64,000 nucleotides of DNA from Chlamydiota bacterium (GTDB lineage: Bacteria > Chlamydiota > Chlamydiia > Chlamydiales > Rhabdochlamydiaceae), in assembly GCA_030916885.1 (NCBI GenBank), contig JAUPVT010000064.1, positions 6,618-70,617 on the forward strand, read 5' to 3'. This document shows, in pieces, positions 20,700-31,176 of this stretch (within the stretch, counting starts at the first letter, position 1; each line of letters opens with the position of its first letter). The notes under the pieces are model-generated. The model ran no database searches, was not told the DNA's origin, and was given only the letters and a program-made list of their open reading frames with translations. The position numbers and the translations under genes were made by a program.

Positions 20700-20844
20700 A
20701 AACCCCCGGTTTTTAATGGATTATAGATTACAAAATTAAATTGATCTATCATTTTATCCTCAAAATACGAGTGGCTAGATTCTTAGCTTTTCAATTTTTC
20801 TCATATATAGTATCCTGATTGTCAATAAATTAGGAGTTATAACC

Positions 20845-20994
20845 ATGCGTTTATTAAGTGTAATTTTTGGGATTCTTTGCCTTTCTGGTTGTTATCAAAT
20901 GCGTGGCGATGAGGATTTGCGTACAGTGCCAGTAACAAACAATCCCACTATTGTACCAAATAAAGGCGGATTCCCTCCTTTTCCTTCAATGTGA
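20845..20994 (+). CDS. Small lipoprotein (49 aa), not in the ORF track
   Basis: AGGAG RBS, MRLLSVIFGILCLSG|C lipobox, mature part CYQMRGDEDLRTVPVTNNPTIVPNKGGFPPFPSM. Confidence 0.7.
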   Translation: MRLLSVIFGILCLSGCYQMRGDEDLRTVPVTNNPTIVPNKGGFPPFPSM

Positions 20995-21032
20995 TTGATT
21001 TATTTATTTTAATTACGCTAGTTTAAGTTTTA

Positions 21033-22103
21033 ATGAAAAAAATGGCTATGAAAAATCAAACTGTAGTTACATATAATTTTTTTCCAAATAATTTAGAAAA
21101 AGAGCTTTCCTTGCTTGGTAAGGATAAGCTTCTTTTTGTGCTTGAGCAAATGCTATTGATACGGAATTTTGAAACACGAGCTGAAGGAGCCTACCTGCAG
21201 GGTAAAATTGGAGGTTTCTTTCATTCTTACATTGGTCAAGAAGCAGTTCAAACAGCTGCTGTTTTTGCTATAGGGCAAGATCAGTGGTGGGCCACTTCTT
21301 ACCGTTGCCATGCCTTGGCCCTATTATTAGGAGCTACGCCCAACGAACTAATGGCAGAGTTATTAGGTCGTAGTAATGGTAATGCAAAGGGACGTGGTGG
21401 TTCGATGCATTTTTTTACAGAGCAGCTTTTAGGAGGATTTGGAGTTGTAGGAGGACAAATACCTATTTCAACAGGCGCTGCTTTTAGCATTAAATATAAA
21501 CGAAAAAATGCTTTAAAAGAGTCCAAGCAAGTTTCTGTATGTTTTTTGGGAGAAGGGGCAGTAGCACAAGGTTCTTTTCACGAATCGTTGAACTTAGCCT
21601 CTTTGTGGGATCTTCCTTGTATATATGTCATTGAAAATAATCACTGGGGCATGGGGACTCATGTAGCACGGGCTCTTTGTTTAGAACCTATTGCAGAGAC
21701 AAAGGCGCCGAGTTTTAACATGAAAGGATATACTTTAGATGGCATGGATTTTTTTAATTGCTATGCAGGTTTTTCTGCAGCATTTGAAGAGGTCAAAAAA
21801 ACATCTCGTCCTGTTTTAATTGAGGTGATTACGGAAAGATTTAAAGGGCATTCCATTTCAGATCCTGCTTTGTATCGCGGTAAAGATGAATTAAAAAATA
21901 ACATGCAAAAAGACCCGATCTTATTGCTAATGCAAGCTATGCAAAAAGCAAACATGATTATAGAGAGTGAATATCGAGCTCTTAATCAAAAACAGAAAGA
22001 AATAGCAATAGATGCTTTAAAATATGCAGATCAAAGTCCTTGGCCCGATCCAGAAACATTAGAGCAAGGTGTATTTGCTCCATCAGAAGAGAGTAATAGA
22101 TGA
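21033..22103 (+). CDS. pdhA: Pyruvate dehydrogenase E1 alpha
   Basis: GFFHSYIGQEA, GRGGSMH, GEGAVAQG (TPP motif), RFKGHSISDP. Confidence 0.96.
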   Translation: MKKMAMKNQTVVTYNFFPNNLEKELSLLGKDKLLFVLEQMLLIRNFETRAEGAYLQGKIGGFFHSYIGQEAVQTAAVFAIGQDQWWATSYRCHALALLLGATPNELMAELLGRSNGNAKGRGGSMHFFTEQLLGGFGVVGGQIPISTGAAFSIKYKRKNALKESKQVSVCFLGEGAVAQGSFHESLNLASLWDLPCIYVIENNHWGMGTHVARALCLEPIAETKAPSFNMKGYTLDGMDFFNCYAGFSAAFEEVKKTSRPVLIEVITERFKGHSISDPALYRGKDELKNNMQKDPILLLMQAMQKANMIIESEYRALNQKQKEIAIDALKYADQSPWPDPETLEQGVFAPSEESNR

Positions 22104-23080
22104 GCACCCAATTAACGGAGATGAGAGAAGCTCTGCGACAAGCCCTTGATGAGGAAATGCAGAAAGACCCTCGTGTTTTTATCGTGGGTGAGGAGGTAGC
22201 AGAATATAATGGGGCTTACAAAGTGACTAAAGGGATGTTAGAAAAATGGGGCCCTGATCGAGTAATAGATACCCCTATTGCAGAACTTGGTTTCTCAGGA
22301 CTTGCTATTGGAGCTGCTATGACAGGATTAAAACCTGTAGTTGAGTTTATGAGCTTTAATTTTTCTTTTGTGGCTTTTGATCAAATTATATCTAATGCCA
22401 TCAAAATGTATTATATGTCAGGCAGTAGGTTTTCTGTGCCCATTGTTTTCCGTGGCCCTAATGGAGCAGCAGCACAGGTTTCTTCACAACATTCGCATTG
22501 TGTAGAAGCTCTCTATGCTAATTTTCCCGGATTGATTGTCATTGCTCCCAGTAATCCTTATGATGCAAAAGGTCTTTTAAAATCAGCTATTCGGCAGAAC
22601 AATCCCGTACTCTTCTTAGAAAATGAGCTTTCCTATGGGGATAAAATGGAAATTCCAACGGAGGAGTATCTAGTGCCGATTGGAAAAGCACACATTGCTA
22701 GAGAAGGGGATCATGTCACATTAATATCGCATAGCCGGATGGTTTTGCTTTGTGAGGAAGCTGCAAAAGAACTGCAAGACCAAGGAATTCAAGTGGAACT
22801 CATCGATTTGAGAACCATTAAGCCCCTTGATATCGATACCATTGCAAATTCTGTACGTAAAACCCATTTCTGTGTTCTTGTAGAAGAAGGGCATATATTT
22901 GGAGGAATTTCAGCAGAAGTGGGCTTTCAGATTATAGAGCATTGTTTTGATGATCTCGATGCTCCCCTTGTAAGGGTTGCTCAAAAAGAAACCCCTATGC
23001 CTTATTCTAAGGTATTGGAAAAGCAAACTATGCCCACTAAAGAGCAAATCATTGAAGCGGTGCAAAAAGTTTTAGCTTAA
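22100..23080 (+). CDS. pdhB: Pyruvate dehydrogenase E1 beta
   Basis: GEEVAEYNGAYKVT, DTPIAELGF, FRGPNGAA, QHS. Confidence 0.96.
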   Translation: MSTQLTEMREALRQALDEEMQKDPRVFIVGEEVAEYNGAYKVTKGMLEKWGPDRVIDTPIAELGFSGLAIGAAMTGLKPVVEFMSFNFSFVAFDQIISNAIKMYYMSGSRFSVPIVFRGPNGAAAQVSSQHSHCVEALYANFPGLIVIAPSNPYDAKGLLKSAIRQNNPVLFLENELSYGDKMEIPTEEYLVPIGKAHIAREGDHVTLISHSRMVLLCEEAAKELQDQGIQVELIDLRTIKPLDIDTIANSVRKTHFCVLVEEGHIFGGISAEVGFQIIEHCFDDLDAPLVRVAQKETPMPYSKVLEKQTMPTKEQIIEAVQKVLA

Positions 23081-23090
23081 AGGAGTATCT

Positions 23091-24296
23091 ATGCCATTTA
23101 CTGTAACCATGCCAAAATTATCTCCTACAATGGAAGAGGGAAATATTGAAAAGTGGCTTAAGAAAGAAGGCACATATATCAAAGCAGGCGATGTCTTTAT
23201 TGAAATAACAACAGATAAATCTACAGTAGAGCATGCTGCTTTAGATGAAGGATGGTTGCGTAAGATTTTGGTTCAAGAAGGTCAGTCGGCACAGGTAAAT
23301 CAATCAATCGCTATTTTTACTGAACAAGAAAATGAAAGCATAGAAGGATATCAGCCGGAAGGAATTTCTCTTGTCGAAGAAGCGACTTTTCAAGAACCCA
23401 AAAAACAACCAGCTTCAAATATAAAAAATTCTTTAGATCTTGCAACTAGAATAAAAGCATCTCCTTTAGCTCGCAAGGTTGCAAAAAAACAAGGATTGAA
23501 TTTAAGCCTTGTCAAAGGCTCAGGTCCAAAAGGTAGAATTATGAGTCGAGATCTTGCTTTTGCATCATCAAGTGACACTATAAAGCAACAAGAACTTCCT
23601 AAAAGAGCTTCTAGAGAGTTTGAAGAAGAGGCTTTATCTCCTATGCGTAAAGTGATTGCTCAACGTCTTCAAGACGCAAAAAGCTTCATTCCTCACTTTT
23701 ATTGTGCACAAGAAGTGCAAATGGATAAGATCGTCTCTCTAAGAGAAGAGTTAATTTCTTTAGGTATTAAGCTATCTTTTAACGATTTCATCCTGCGCTC
23801 TACCGCTTTAGCTTTAAGAGAGCATCCTCAGGTAAATTCTGGATTTAATCCCGAATCTCGTACAATTATGCGCTTTAAGACTATTGATATAGCGATAGCC
23901 GTAAGTATATCTGATGGGTTAATTACACCAATTGTTCGTTTAGCTGATTATAAAAATCTGCAAGAGCTTTCTAAAGAGGTAAAATCACTGGCTATAAAAG
24001 CGCATGCAAATAAACTAAAGAAAGAAGAATATGAAGGTGGTTCATTTACCATTTCTAATTTAGGGATGTATGGTATTTCAGAATTTGTAGCTATTATTAA
24101 CCCACCTCAAGCAGCTATCTTAGCAGTGGGAGCAATTGAGAAAAAGCCTATTGTAGTAGATCAGAAAATAGCAATAGGCAAGACTCTAAAACTTCAATTA
24201 TCTGCTGATCATCGAGTGTTAGATGGGGTAGATGCGGCTAAGTTCTTAAAAACGCTACAGAAGTATTTAGAAGCGCCGTCTATGCTTCTTCTATAA
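23091..24296 (+). CDS. pdhC: Dihydrolipoamide acetyltransferase E2
   Basis: Lipoyl domain (TDKST), E3-binding ASPLARK, catalytic DHRVLDG. Confidence 0.96.
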   Translation: MPFTVTMPKLSPTMEEGNIEKWLKKEGTYIKAGDVFIEITTDKSTVEHAALDEGWLRKILVQEGQSAQVNQSIAIFTEQENESIEGYQPEGISLVEEATFQEPKKQPASNIKNSLDLATRIKASPLARKVAKKQGLNLSLVKGSGPKGRIMSRDLAFASSSDTIKQQELPKRASREFEEEALSPMRKVIAQRLQDAKSFIPHFYCAQEVQMDKIVSLREELISLGIKLSFNDFILRSTALALREHPQVNSGFNPESRTIMRFKTIDIAIAVSISDGLITPIVRLADYKNLQELSKEVKSLAIKAHANKLKKEEYEGGSFTISNLGMYGISEFVAIINPPQAAILAVGAIEKKPIVVDQKIAIGKTLKLQLSADHRVLDGVDAAKFLKTLQKYLEAPSMLLL

Positions 24297-25217
24297 CCAC
24301 ATTTTACGCTTAAAAAACCATAGAAAAAGCAAACTAAACCCAAAAATTAAAGATAAAATAATGGCAAAAGCATATATATTATCTGCAAAAGGCAGGGTTA
24401 TGTTCATCCCGTAAACGCTGCTTACAATAGTGGGAATGTTAAAGATAATAGTTAATGCTGTTAGCAATTTAATTGTTTTGTTTAAATTATTTGTAAAAAT
24501 AATCTGATAGGAATCTCTTAAACTTCTAATGCTTTTTAAAGCAATCTCACAAATGGTTTCTGATTGTTTTAAAGAATGGAATACATCTTCTAAAAGAGCT
24601 TGATCTTTATCTTGCAGAGGAATGTATTTTTCTGATGGAAGCTCTTTCAATACCAATTCCATCGGTTCTAGACTAGAGAGGTATTGATTCAATATTTCTT
24701 CCTGACGGGTTAATATAGTGATATCATCGCTATCTACACTGATGATTTCCTTTTCCTGCATTAAAACATAATAACGGACTTTTCTGATCTGAATAGTAAA
24801 TTCTTGAATCACTCGCATACACAAATGAATAACTAATTTAGAGCGTTGTGTTGTAGCAAATGTGTTTGGTTTATTCAAGAAACCTCGCAATATACCATTT
24901 TTTTGAGGACTAATGGTAATAAAATAGCAAGGGGTTGCAATCATGGTTAGCGTTTCCGTATATAAACCCACCGCATTGTCTAGTTCAATAGGGCAACGAG
25001 AAAAAATCAGTACATTATTTTTAATATGATCAATACGAGGAATTTCATAACGATCAAGACTATCTTGAAGATCACTATATTCCAATCCAATCAATAGACC
25101 TACTTGATCCAAATCAGCAGCTAATGCTTGTTCCAAATGGATCCAGCAGCCATCTTTAACAGAGGGAATCGGAATAAAAGATTCGTCTTTTGTGGTTTTA
25201 AAGAAGTATTCGATCAT
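24291..25217 (-). CDS. corA: CorA family magnesium transporter
   Basis: C-terminal YGMN motif with two TM helices; LDRYEIPRI. Confidence 0.88.
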   Translation of the reverse strand: MIEYFFKTTKDESFIPIPSVKDGCWIHLEQALAADLDQVGLLIGLEYSDLQDSLDRYEIPRIDHIKNNVLIFSRCPIELDNAVGLYTETLTMIATPCYFITISPQKNGILRGFLNKPNTFATTQRSKLVIHLCMRVIQEFTIQIRKVRYYVLMQEKEIISVDSDDITILTRQEEILNQYLSSLEPMELVLKELPSEKYIPLQDKDQALLEDVFHSLKQSETICEIALKSIRSLRDSYQIIFTNNLNKTIKLLTALTIIFNIPTIVSSVYGMNITLPFADNIYAFAIILSLIFGFSLLFLWFFKRKMWL

Positions 25218-25289
25218 TTTGCCTTAGTTTTATCTATTTAGTTTAAGCTATGGCAAAATACAGAATTTAAGTGCAATACTAAAAAAGAC

Positions 25290-25748
25290 TTAATGAGTAT
25301 TGATAAGCATTTTTAATATTATATCACCACGATATATTGTATAATTGGAAGCTGTTAAAAGTATTCTTCTAGCTATTTCTCCAGGAGGATTCGCTTCTTT
25401 AAAAGCATCTCGTGCTACTTCTGGAATAAGAACAGCGCATACACTATAGAGTAAACTGTTTCCTTGTGTTTTGAATATTTCACGCCTTTTTTCTATTTCT
25501 GGCTTATTCTCCATATATGCGTAAGCTAAAATAGAGAGTGCTACAATAATAGCTTTTACTGCACTTTCAACGGCAGAGGCAAGTGCCCATACTCTAGATG
25601 AGAGCTGACCTAGTTGCTTGGTAGCAGTTTCAGGTTGGTAGTGATAATACCAGCGTTCAAAAGCTACTTCACCTCTTAGGGATGATTTTTGAGAAGTATT
25701 AACTACATAATTAATTGTTGTATTTAAAGCATTTTGCATAAACTTCAT
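25290..25748 (-). CDS. Hypothetical protein with a hydrophobic segment (lineage-specific)
   Basis: ATG 25748 with GGAGGG RBS; about 150 aa; no family recognised. Confidence 0.6.
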   Translation of the reverse strand: MKFMQNALNTTINYVVNTSQKSSLRGEVAFERWYYHYQPETATKQLGQLSSRVWALASAVESAVKAIIVALSILAYAYMENKPEIEKRREIFKTQGNSLLYSVCAVLIPEVARDAFKEANPPGEIARRILLTASNYTIYRGDIILKMLINTH

Positions 25749-25834
25749 AAGTTTCCCTCCTTTTAAAAAACTTAAAAAAAGTATTTTATATAAATTTACC
25801 ATAAAAAATACTTTTATATTAACTATTTATATTT

Positions 25835-26292
25835 AAAAATTCAAGTAGTTTGGAATAAAATAAAGGAGGTTTAGACTGATTAACAATAAATAATGAGTGT
25901 TAATTATATTGGATAAAGCTAATATGCCTTCATATGCAGTGTCTCGGGGCTCTGATAAACGAGTTTGTATGTATTCATGGGTATACCTTTCAAAGGAGCT
26001 TTTAGCGCCTTTTGGAGATAAAAAAATCTAGTAAGTTAAAAACAGCACTTCTTCCTTGAATTGGTGCTGCATGTATTAACTTTTCATATTTTTGGAGATA
26101 ATAAAAGTTATGACTAGAATGGTTACGAGAAATACGGTAATTGTAATAATAAAGAGAAAGTTTTGTTATGAGATATTTTAGTGTGGTTTCAATGGTGTAG
26201 GTAAGAGCGTATATTCTAGATAAGAGATGATTTAACTCTTTAGTAGGATGCAGATTCATAATGAAAACATCAGAGTTCAAAAGGTACTTCAC
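25835..26292 (-). pseudogene. Possible frameshifted hypothetical gene
   Basis: 96-aa ORF 26002..26292 appears to continue in another frame (SSFERYTHEYIQTRLSEPRDTAYEGILALSNII). Confidence 0.3.
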
Positions 26293-26316
26293 TGCGTAAT
26301 AGGTTTTTTGTAACTG

Positions 26317-27402
26317 TCATATTTTTGTCTTAGTGTTATTTATAATTAACGCTGCTTTCTCTAGTTCTTCAATTCTTTTTGTTAGTTCTTCAATTTGCGC
26401 TAAGTATTTGGGGATATTTCTAACTCGTGCTTGTTCTCTGTTGTGCTTGGGAAGAGGTATGACAGGGCTTCCTCCGTATTTACCGGGTTTATCAATGGAT
26501 TTGCTAACTCCACCGCGGGTAGCAATCATGACATTACTGGCAATTTCCACATGGCCTACAACACCTACTTGTCCACCAAACATAACACTCTTGCCTGTTT
26601 TTACAGAGCCTGCAATCCCTGTTTGAGATACAACAATATTATCAGGTCCAAGGCTTACATTGTGGGCGATCTGTACCAAATTATCGATTTTTGTTCCTTT
26701 ACCGATTCTGGTTACTTTAAAACGAGCTCGATCAATTGTGGTGTTTGCGCCTATTTCTACATCATCTTCAATGATAACAGAACCGAGCTGCTCTAATTTA
26801 TAATGTTGGCCATTTTGATCTGTTGTATACCCAAAACCACAGGAGCCAATGACAACCCCTGGTTGTAAAATGACGCGATTACCAAGGATAGTTTTCTCTC
26901 GAATGGTTACGTGAGAATAGATAACGCAATCTTCTCCAAGGCAGCTATTAGGACCAATAAAAGTGAAGGGATAAATGATGCAACCGTTACCAATTTTTGT
27001 ATTTTTATCAATTACAACAGAGGGGCCTATTTGTACATTTTGACCAATTTCTGCACTCTCGTGAATAATTACACTGGGATGAATTCCTTTAAAACCAGAA
27101 TTGATTTGGGGGAGTAAGAGAATTTTTACAATCTTTTGAAAGGTAATAGAGGGATTATCAGATAGAAGAAAATTTTTCCCTTCTTCTACAGGAAAAGTGC
27201 TTTCTATACAGATTACTCCTGCTTTAGACTGACTCACTGATGTGCGATAACGAGGGTTAGCTAAAAAGGAGGCGTCTTCAGAACCTGCATTTTCTAGTGA
27301 GTCAACATCATTGATGAGATGATTTGGATTGCCTACTAAAGTTGATTCTGTAAGTTCAGCAATTTCTTGTAGAGTAAATTTTTTCATATGATTTATAGGC
27401 AT
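26317..27402 (-). CDS. lpxD: UDP-3-O-acylglucosamine N-acyltransferase
   Basis: Hexapeptide repeats, GSCGFGY, GANTTIDRA, IDNLVQIAHNV. Confidence 0.96.
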   Translation of the reverse strand: MPINHMKKFTLQEIAELTESTLVGNPNHLINDVDSLENAGSEDASFLANPRYRTSVSQSKAGVICIESTFPVEEGKNFLLSDNPSITFQKIVKILLLPQINSGFKGIHPSVIIHESAEIGQNVQIGPSVVIDKNTKIGNGCIIYPFTFIGPNSCLGEDCVIYSHVTIREKTILGNRVILQPGVVIGSCGFGYTTDQNGQHYKLEQLGSVIIEDDVEIGANTTIDRARFKVTRIGKGTKIDNLVQIAHNVSLGPDNIVVSQTGIAGSVKTGKSVMFGGQVGVVGHVEIASNVMIATRGGVSKSIDKPGKYGGSPVIPLPKHNREQARVRNIPKYLAQIEELTKRIEELEKAALIINNTKTKI

Positions 27403-27461
27403 TTATCTAGATGGACAAATGCCCAACTCCTTCTGTTTTTAATTCTTTATACACAAATGAA

Positions 27462-28025
27462 CTATTTTACTACTTCGTGCTTTGTCTCATTAGGAGTTTT
27501 TTTTTGTGCCTGTGTTATTTGATCGAATTTTTCATCTAATTTTTTAACCACCATATTGGTTATATCTAATTCTTTAGGATAATAGTGACACGCATCGCTT
27601 TTTAAAATAATACAACCATCTTCTTTATTCATTTCCTCTAGAGCTTTATCAATATTGCTTTGTAGCTTTTGGCCAATCTGCATCTCTTTTTGATAGAGAA
27701 TTTGCTGGCATTCTTCGTACATGCCCTTTAACTCTTGACTCAATTTGGCATAATCATCTTTTGTACGCTGTTCTGCTTCCGGGCTCATACTGTCTAAAAT
27801 AGTTGGATCGCTTAATTTTTTAACAACTTCTTCGAGTTCTTTGCTTTTTTCTTCCATTAAAGCAGCCTTTTGATTTTTAAGACTTTCGAAGGATTCTTGC
27901 TCTTGTTTGCCCAATTTAGAGTTCATAAAACAGTTTCTAGTGTTTACTACTTTGTATTCAGTAGCTATTAAAGACGTGCTAAGAGCTGTAAAAAACAATA
28001 CGGTCGAAATAAATGGATTCTTCAT
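27462..28025 (-). CDS. skp: OmpH/Skp periplasmic chaperone
   Basis: Signal peptide and coiled coil; position between bamA and lpxD. Confidence 0.85.
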   Translation of the reverse strand: MKNPFISTVLFFTALSTSLIATEYKVVNTRNCFMNSKLGKQEQESFESLKNQKAALMEEKSKELEEVVKKLSDPTILDSMSPEAEQRTKDDYAKLSQELKGMYEECQQILYQKEMQIGQKLQSNIDKALEEMNKEDGCIILKSDACHYYPKELDITNMVVKKLDEKFDQITQAQKKTPNETKHEVVK

Positions 28026-28040
28026 AAGATATACTCCTTG

Positions 28041-30410
28041 TTAAAATTGTCCACCCATAGAAAAGAAAAATCTACGCACTTCACTGCGTCCTGAGGGATT
28101 AATTGGGAAACCCATTCCTAAAGTAATAGGAACTTTGTTTGCTATTTCAATACGTGCTCCAAAACCGGCACTAAATTTTAAGTCTTTAATATACCAACGT
28201 TTTAATCCAATACTTCCTCCATCTACAAAAATAAATCCATCTACGAAGGGAAGAAGCCGATGTAAATATTCAAGAGATAACACAGTAGAAGAAATACCAC
28301 CAGTTGGGTCTCCATTAGAAAAATGATCTCCTAAATCAAAGTCTCGATAACCACGCACAGAGTTAATTCCTCCAATAAAGAAACGTTCTCCTAAAGGAAT
28401 TTGTGTAGGTTGACTTGTTCTGCCAACAGGTTCAATAAAATTAAAATCAAAACGAGATTTAAAAGTTCCGCATTTCCAAAGAGGTATATAATAGCTGTTT
28501 AAGTAAGCAAAACGCCAAAAATAAAAGGCCCCTCCTAAACCGGAAAACTCTGTTTCTAAGCGTGAACGAAACCCTTTATGTGGTTTAAAAGGGTTATCTG
28601 TAGAATCGAAAGTAAGAGATGGTCCAAACGCTGATACAATTCCTTCTTGATGGGCTTGCTCTCTTTCTAGAGGAGTAGCGCTTTGTGTTATATGCGTTCT
28701 GGAATTATTGAAACGGTATTTCATTCCAAAGGTCCAGAAATTATTAAGGGGATAAGAAGCATGTAAATCAAAACCTAGTTTTTGAATATCATACTTTTTA
28801 GAGGTTAATTCGCTATAAGTATTAAATACGTCAAAACCTACTCTCCATAAACTATCGAAAAAATAAGGATTTAACCAAGAGAGGGTATAGGATTGTTGTT
28901 TTTTTCCAAAGCTTAGACGAAGATGGGCGTATTCACCTCCTCCTCTTAGGGCTGCAGGGCCTTCTGAGAAAAGCTTCGCAAAGCCCTTAATATTAAAGTT
29001 TGCTTCAGAAAAATCTAATCCGCCAAAAATGCTTTCTGCGCTACTAAATCCTACAAATAAGCTAGCATGGCCGGTTTTAGTTTCCTTAACTTCAATGTAA
29101 ATATCTCGGTAGTTTTCAGAAAATTGCTCTTCATCTTCTGCGCGAACTGCGTATACATTTACGCTTTCAAAATAGCCCACATTTTGTAGCCTATCTTCTG
29201 TAGCTTGTAGCTTTGCTGTATCAAAAGTTTCGCCTGGTATGAGAAGTGATTCGCGCAAGATGACATGGGTTTGTGTAGCTACATTCCCATATATCCGAAT
29301 CATACCGATGCGATATTGCTTTCCCTCATCAATATGAAAAGAGAGATTAAAAGCTGTATCAGCTACACATGGCTGAGCTTCAGCTTGAACATTTGCTTCT
29401 AAATATCCTTTACGCCCATATAGATCTTTGACGGCTTGCAAGGTTTTTCGTAATTTTTCAGGTGAGTATACATCTCCTTCACGGATGAGAAAGAGTTTTT
29501 CAATTTCTTCGTTAGCAAATAATTTATTACCTTCAAATTGAATAGTATTAAAATGAAAAACAGGTCCTTTTTCTGTAGAAATAATTAGAAGAATCTTTCC
29601 TTCTGTTTCAGCTTCATCAATTTGTATATTAACCTTTGCATCTGCATATCCTAAGTTTTGAAGATAATTGACGATGGTTAGACGGTCTTGTTCTAACCCT
29701 TCCTCATGATAGGTTCCTTTACCTGTTAGCCAGCTGAGGAGATTGTATTTTTTTGTATAGATCATCCCCAACAATTCACTTGTTTCTTCTTTTGTGAACC
29801 CTTGGAAGATTATATCTTCAATTCGACCTGAACGCCCCTCAAAAACTTCAATATTAATGGATACTTCATTTGTTTTTGGATGCGGTACAATTATGTATTG
29901 CAGTTGTGATTCAAAATAACCTTTCTTAACGTAGTACTCTTTAACTTTATTAAAAGATTTATTAAAGGACTGTCGATTGAAAACAGGATTAGACTTAAGT
30001 CCTAATTCTTTTTGTAGAGCTGTGGTTTTAATTTTTTTATTTCCATTCCACGTAATAGAGCGAACTTTAGGTCTTGGCCACATTTTTAATGTGACATAAA
30101 CCTGTTGGTCTTGAACTTGTATGGAAGGTTCTACGCGATCATACTCTGTAGCAAGTGTTTTTAAGTCTGCATCAAAATCTGCTTGAGAAAAAATATTCCC
30201 CACTTTGCTTTTGAGCTTAGAAAGCACAATTTGAGGATTAAAAGAGGTGTTTGTGCTTAAGTCCTCTACTTGTAAATCGATCTCAGCAATACGACATTCT
30301 TCAAACATCACTGTTGAAGAAGAGGTAAAAGCTGATGACAAAGATGAGAGACTAGTGAATGCGATTAAAGAAAGATATGTAGCAAGCTGTTTGATCATTT
30401 GATATTTCAT
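28041..30410 (-). CDS. bamA: Outer membrane protein assembly factor BamA (Omp85)
   Basis: POTRA repeats, GGINSVRGY motif, terminal Phe. Confidence 0.96.
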   Translation of the reverse strand: MKYQMIKQLATYLSLIAFTSLSSLSSAFTSSSTVMFEECRIAEIDLQVEDLSTNTSFNPQIVLSKLKSKVGNIFSQADFDADLKTLATEYDRVEPSIQVQDQQVYVTLKMWPRPKVRSITWNGNKKIKTTALQKELGLKSNPVFNRQSFNKSFNKVKEYYVKKGYFESQLQYIIVPHPKTNEVSINIEVFEGRSGRIEDIIFQGFTKEETSELLGMIYTKKYNLLSWLTGKGTYHEEGLEQDRLTIVNYLQNLGYADAKVNIQIDEAETEGKILLIISTEKGPVFHFNTIQFEGNKLFANEEIEKLFLIREGDVYSPEKLRKTLQAVKDLYGRKGYLEANVQAEAQPCVADTAFNLSFHIDEGKQYRIGMIRIYGNVATQTHVILRESLLIPGETFDTAKLQATEDRLQNVGYFESVNVYAVRAEDEEQFSENYRDIYIEVKETKTGHASLFVGFSSAESIFGGLDFSEANFNIKGFAKLFSEGPAALRGGGEYAHLRLSFGKKQQSYTLSWLNPYFFDSLWRVGFDVFNTYSELTSKKYDIQKLGFDLHASYPLNNFWTFGMKYRFNNSRTHITQSATPLEREQAHQEGIVSAFGPSLTFDSTDNPFKPHKGFRSRLETEFSGLGGAFYFWRFAYLNSYYIPLWKCGTFKSRFDFNFIEPVGRTSQPTQIPLGERFFIGGINSVRGYRDFDLGDHFSNGDPTGGISSTVLSLEYLHRLLPFVDGFIFVDGGSIGLKRWYIKDLKFSAGFGARIEIANKVPITLGMGFPINPSGRSEVRRFFFSMGGQF

Positions 30411-30505
30411 CCGATAGCGTGTTTTATTCTAAGAGCGATACAAATGGATTGATTATAAGAAAATTGATGAAATTTTTGCAAACTACTAACTTTTATTGAT
30501 TTTTT

Positions 30506-31102
30506 TTAAAAAGAGTGTCTTCCTGTAAAAGATCTTGCGAGAGTGCCTCCATCAACAAAATCTAAACAGCTTCCTATAGGCAATCCAAAAGCTAAACGAG
30601 AAATGTGCACATTGCTTGCTAGCTGTTCTTTTATGTATAAAGCAGTAGCTTCTCCTTCTAAGGTGGAATCTAGAGCTATAATTATTTCTTTTACTGAGTG
30701 ATTTTTCACTCTTTGTTTAATCTTTTCGATGGGTAAGCAATCTACATTTTTCCCTTCAATGGGGGAGAGTAATGACCCTAATACATGATATAGCCCTTGA
30801 TAAATCCCCATTTCTTCTAGAGCATAAGCATCTTTTACAGTGGCAATTAAACAAAGTTGAGAAGTGTTGCGATTAGGCAAATGGCAAAAGTGACAGTAGT
30901 CTTCTTCTGCTAAGCAAGAGCATTCGGGACAAAAAGTGACTTTTTGGTTTAATTCAGAAAGAGTGTCAGAAAAATATAACACATCTTCTAAAGGCCAATT
31001 AAATACTTGAAAAGCAAAACGTTCAGCAGTTCTGTTGCCTACACCTGGAAATTTTTTAAATAAATGAATTAGCTGCTGAAGGCGCTTAGGATATTTAAGC
31101 AT
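30506..31102 (-). CDS. recR: Recombination protein RecR
   Basis: PGVGNRTAERFA, C4 zinc finger, TLEGEATA Toprim, SRLAFGLPIG. Confidence 0.96.
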   Translation of the reverse strand: MLKYPKRLQQLIHLFKKFPGVGNRTAERFAFQVFNWPLEDVLYFSDTLSELNQKVTFCPECSCLAEEDYCHFCHLPNRNTSQLCLIATVKDAYALEEMGIYQGLYHVLGSLLSPIEGKNVDCLPIEKIKQRVKNHSVKEIIIALDSTLEGEATALYIKEQLASNVHISRLAFGLPIGSCLDFVDGGTLARSFTGRHSF

Positions 31103-31176
31103 TTTTTAGTTTTTTTTGGTTAATTTACAATAAGATAATAGAATTTGTATAGACGTGCAATGGAAATTTTAAATGA

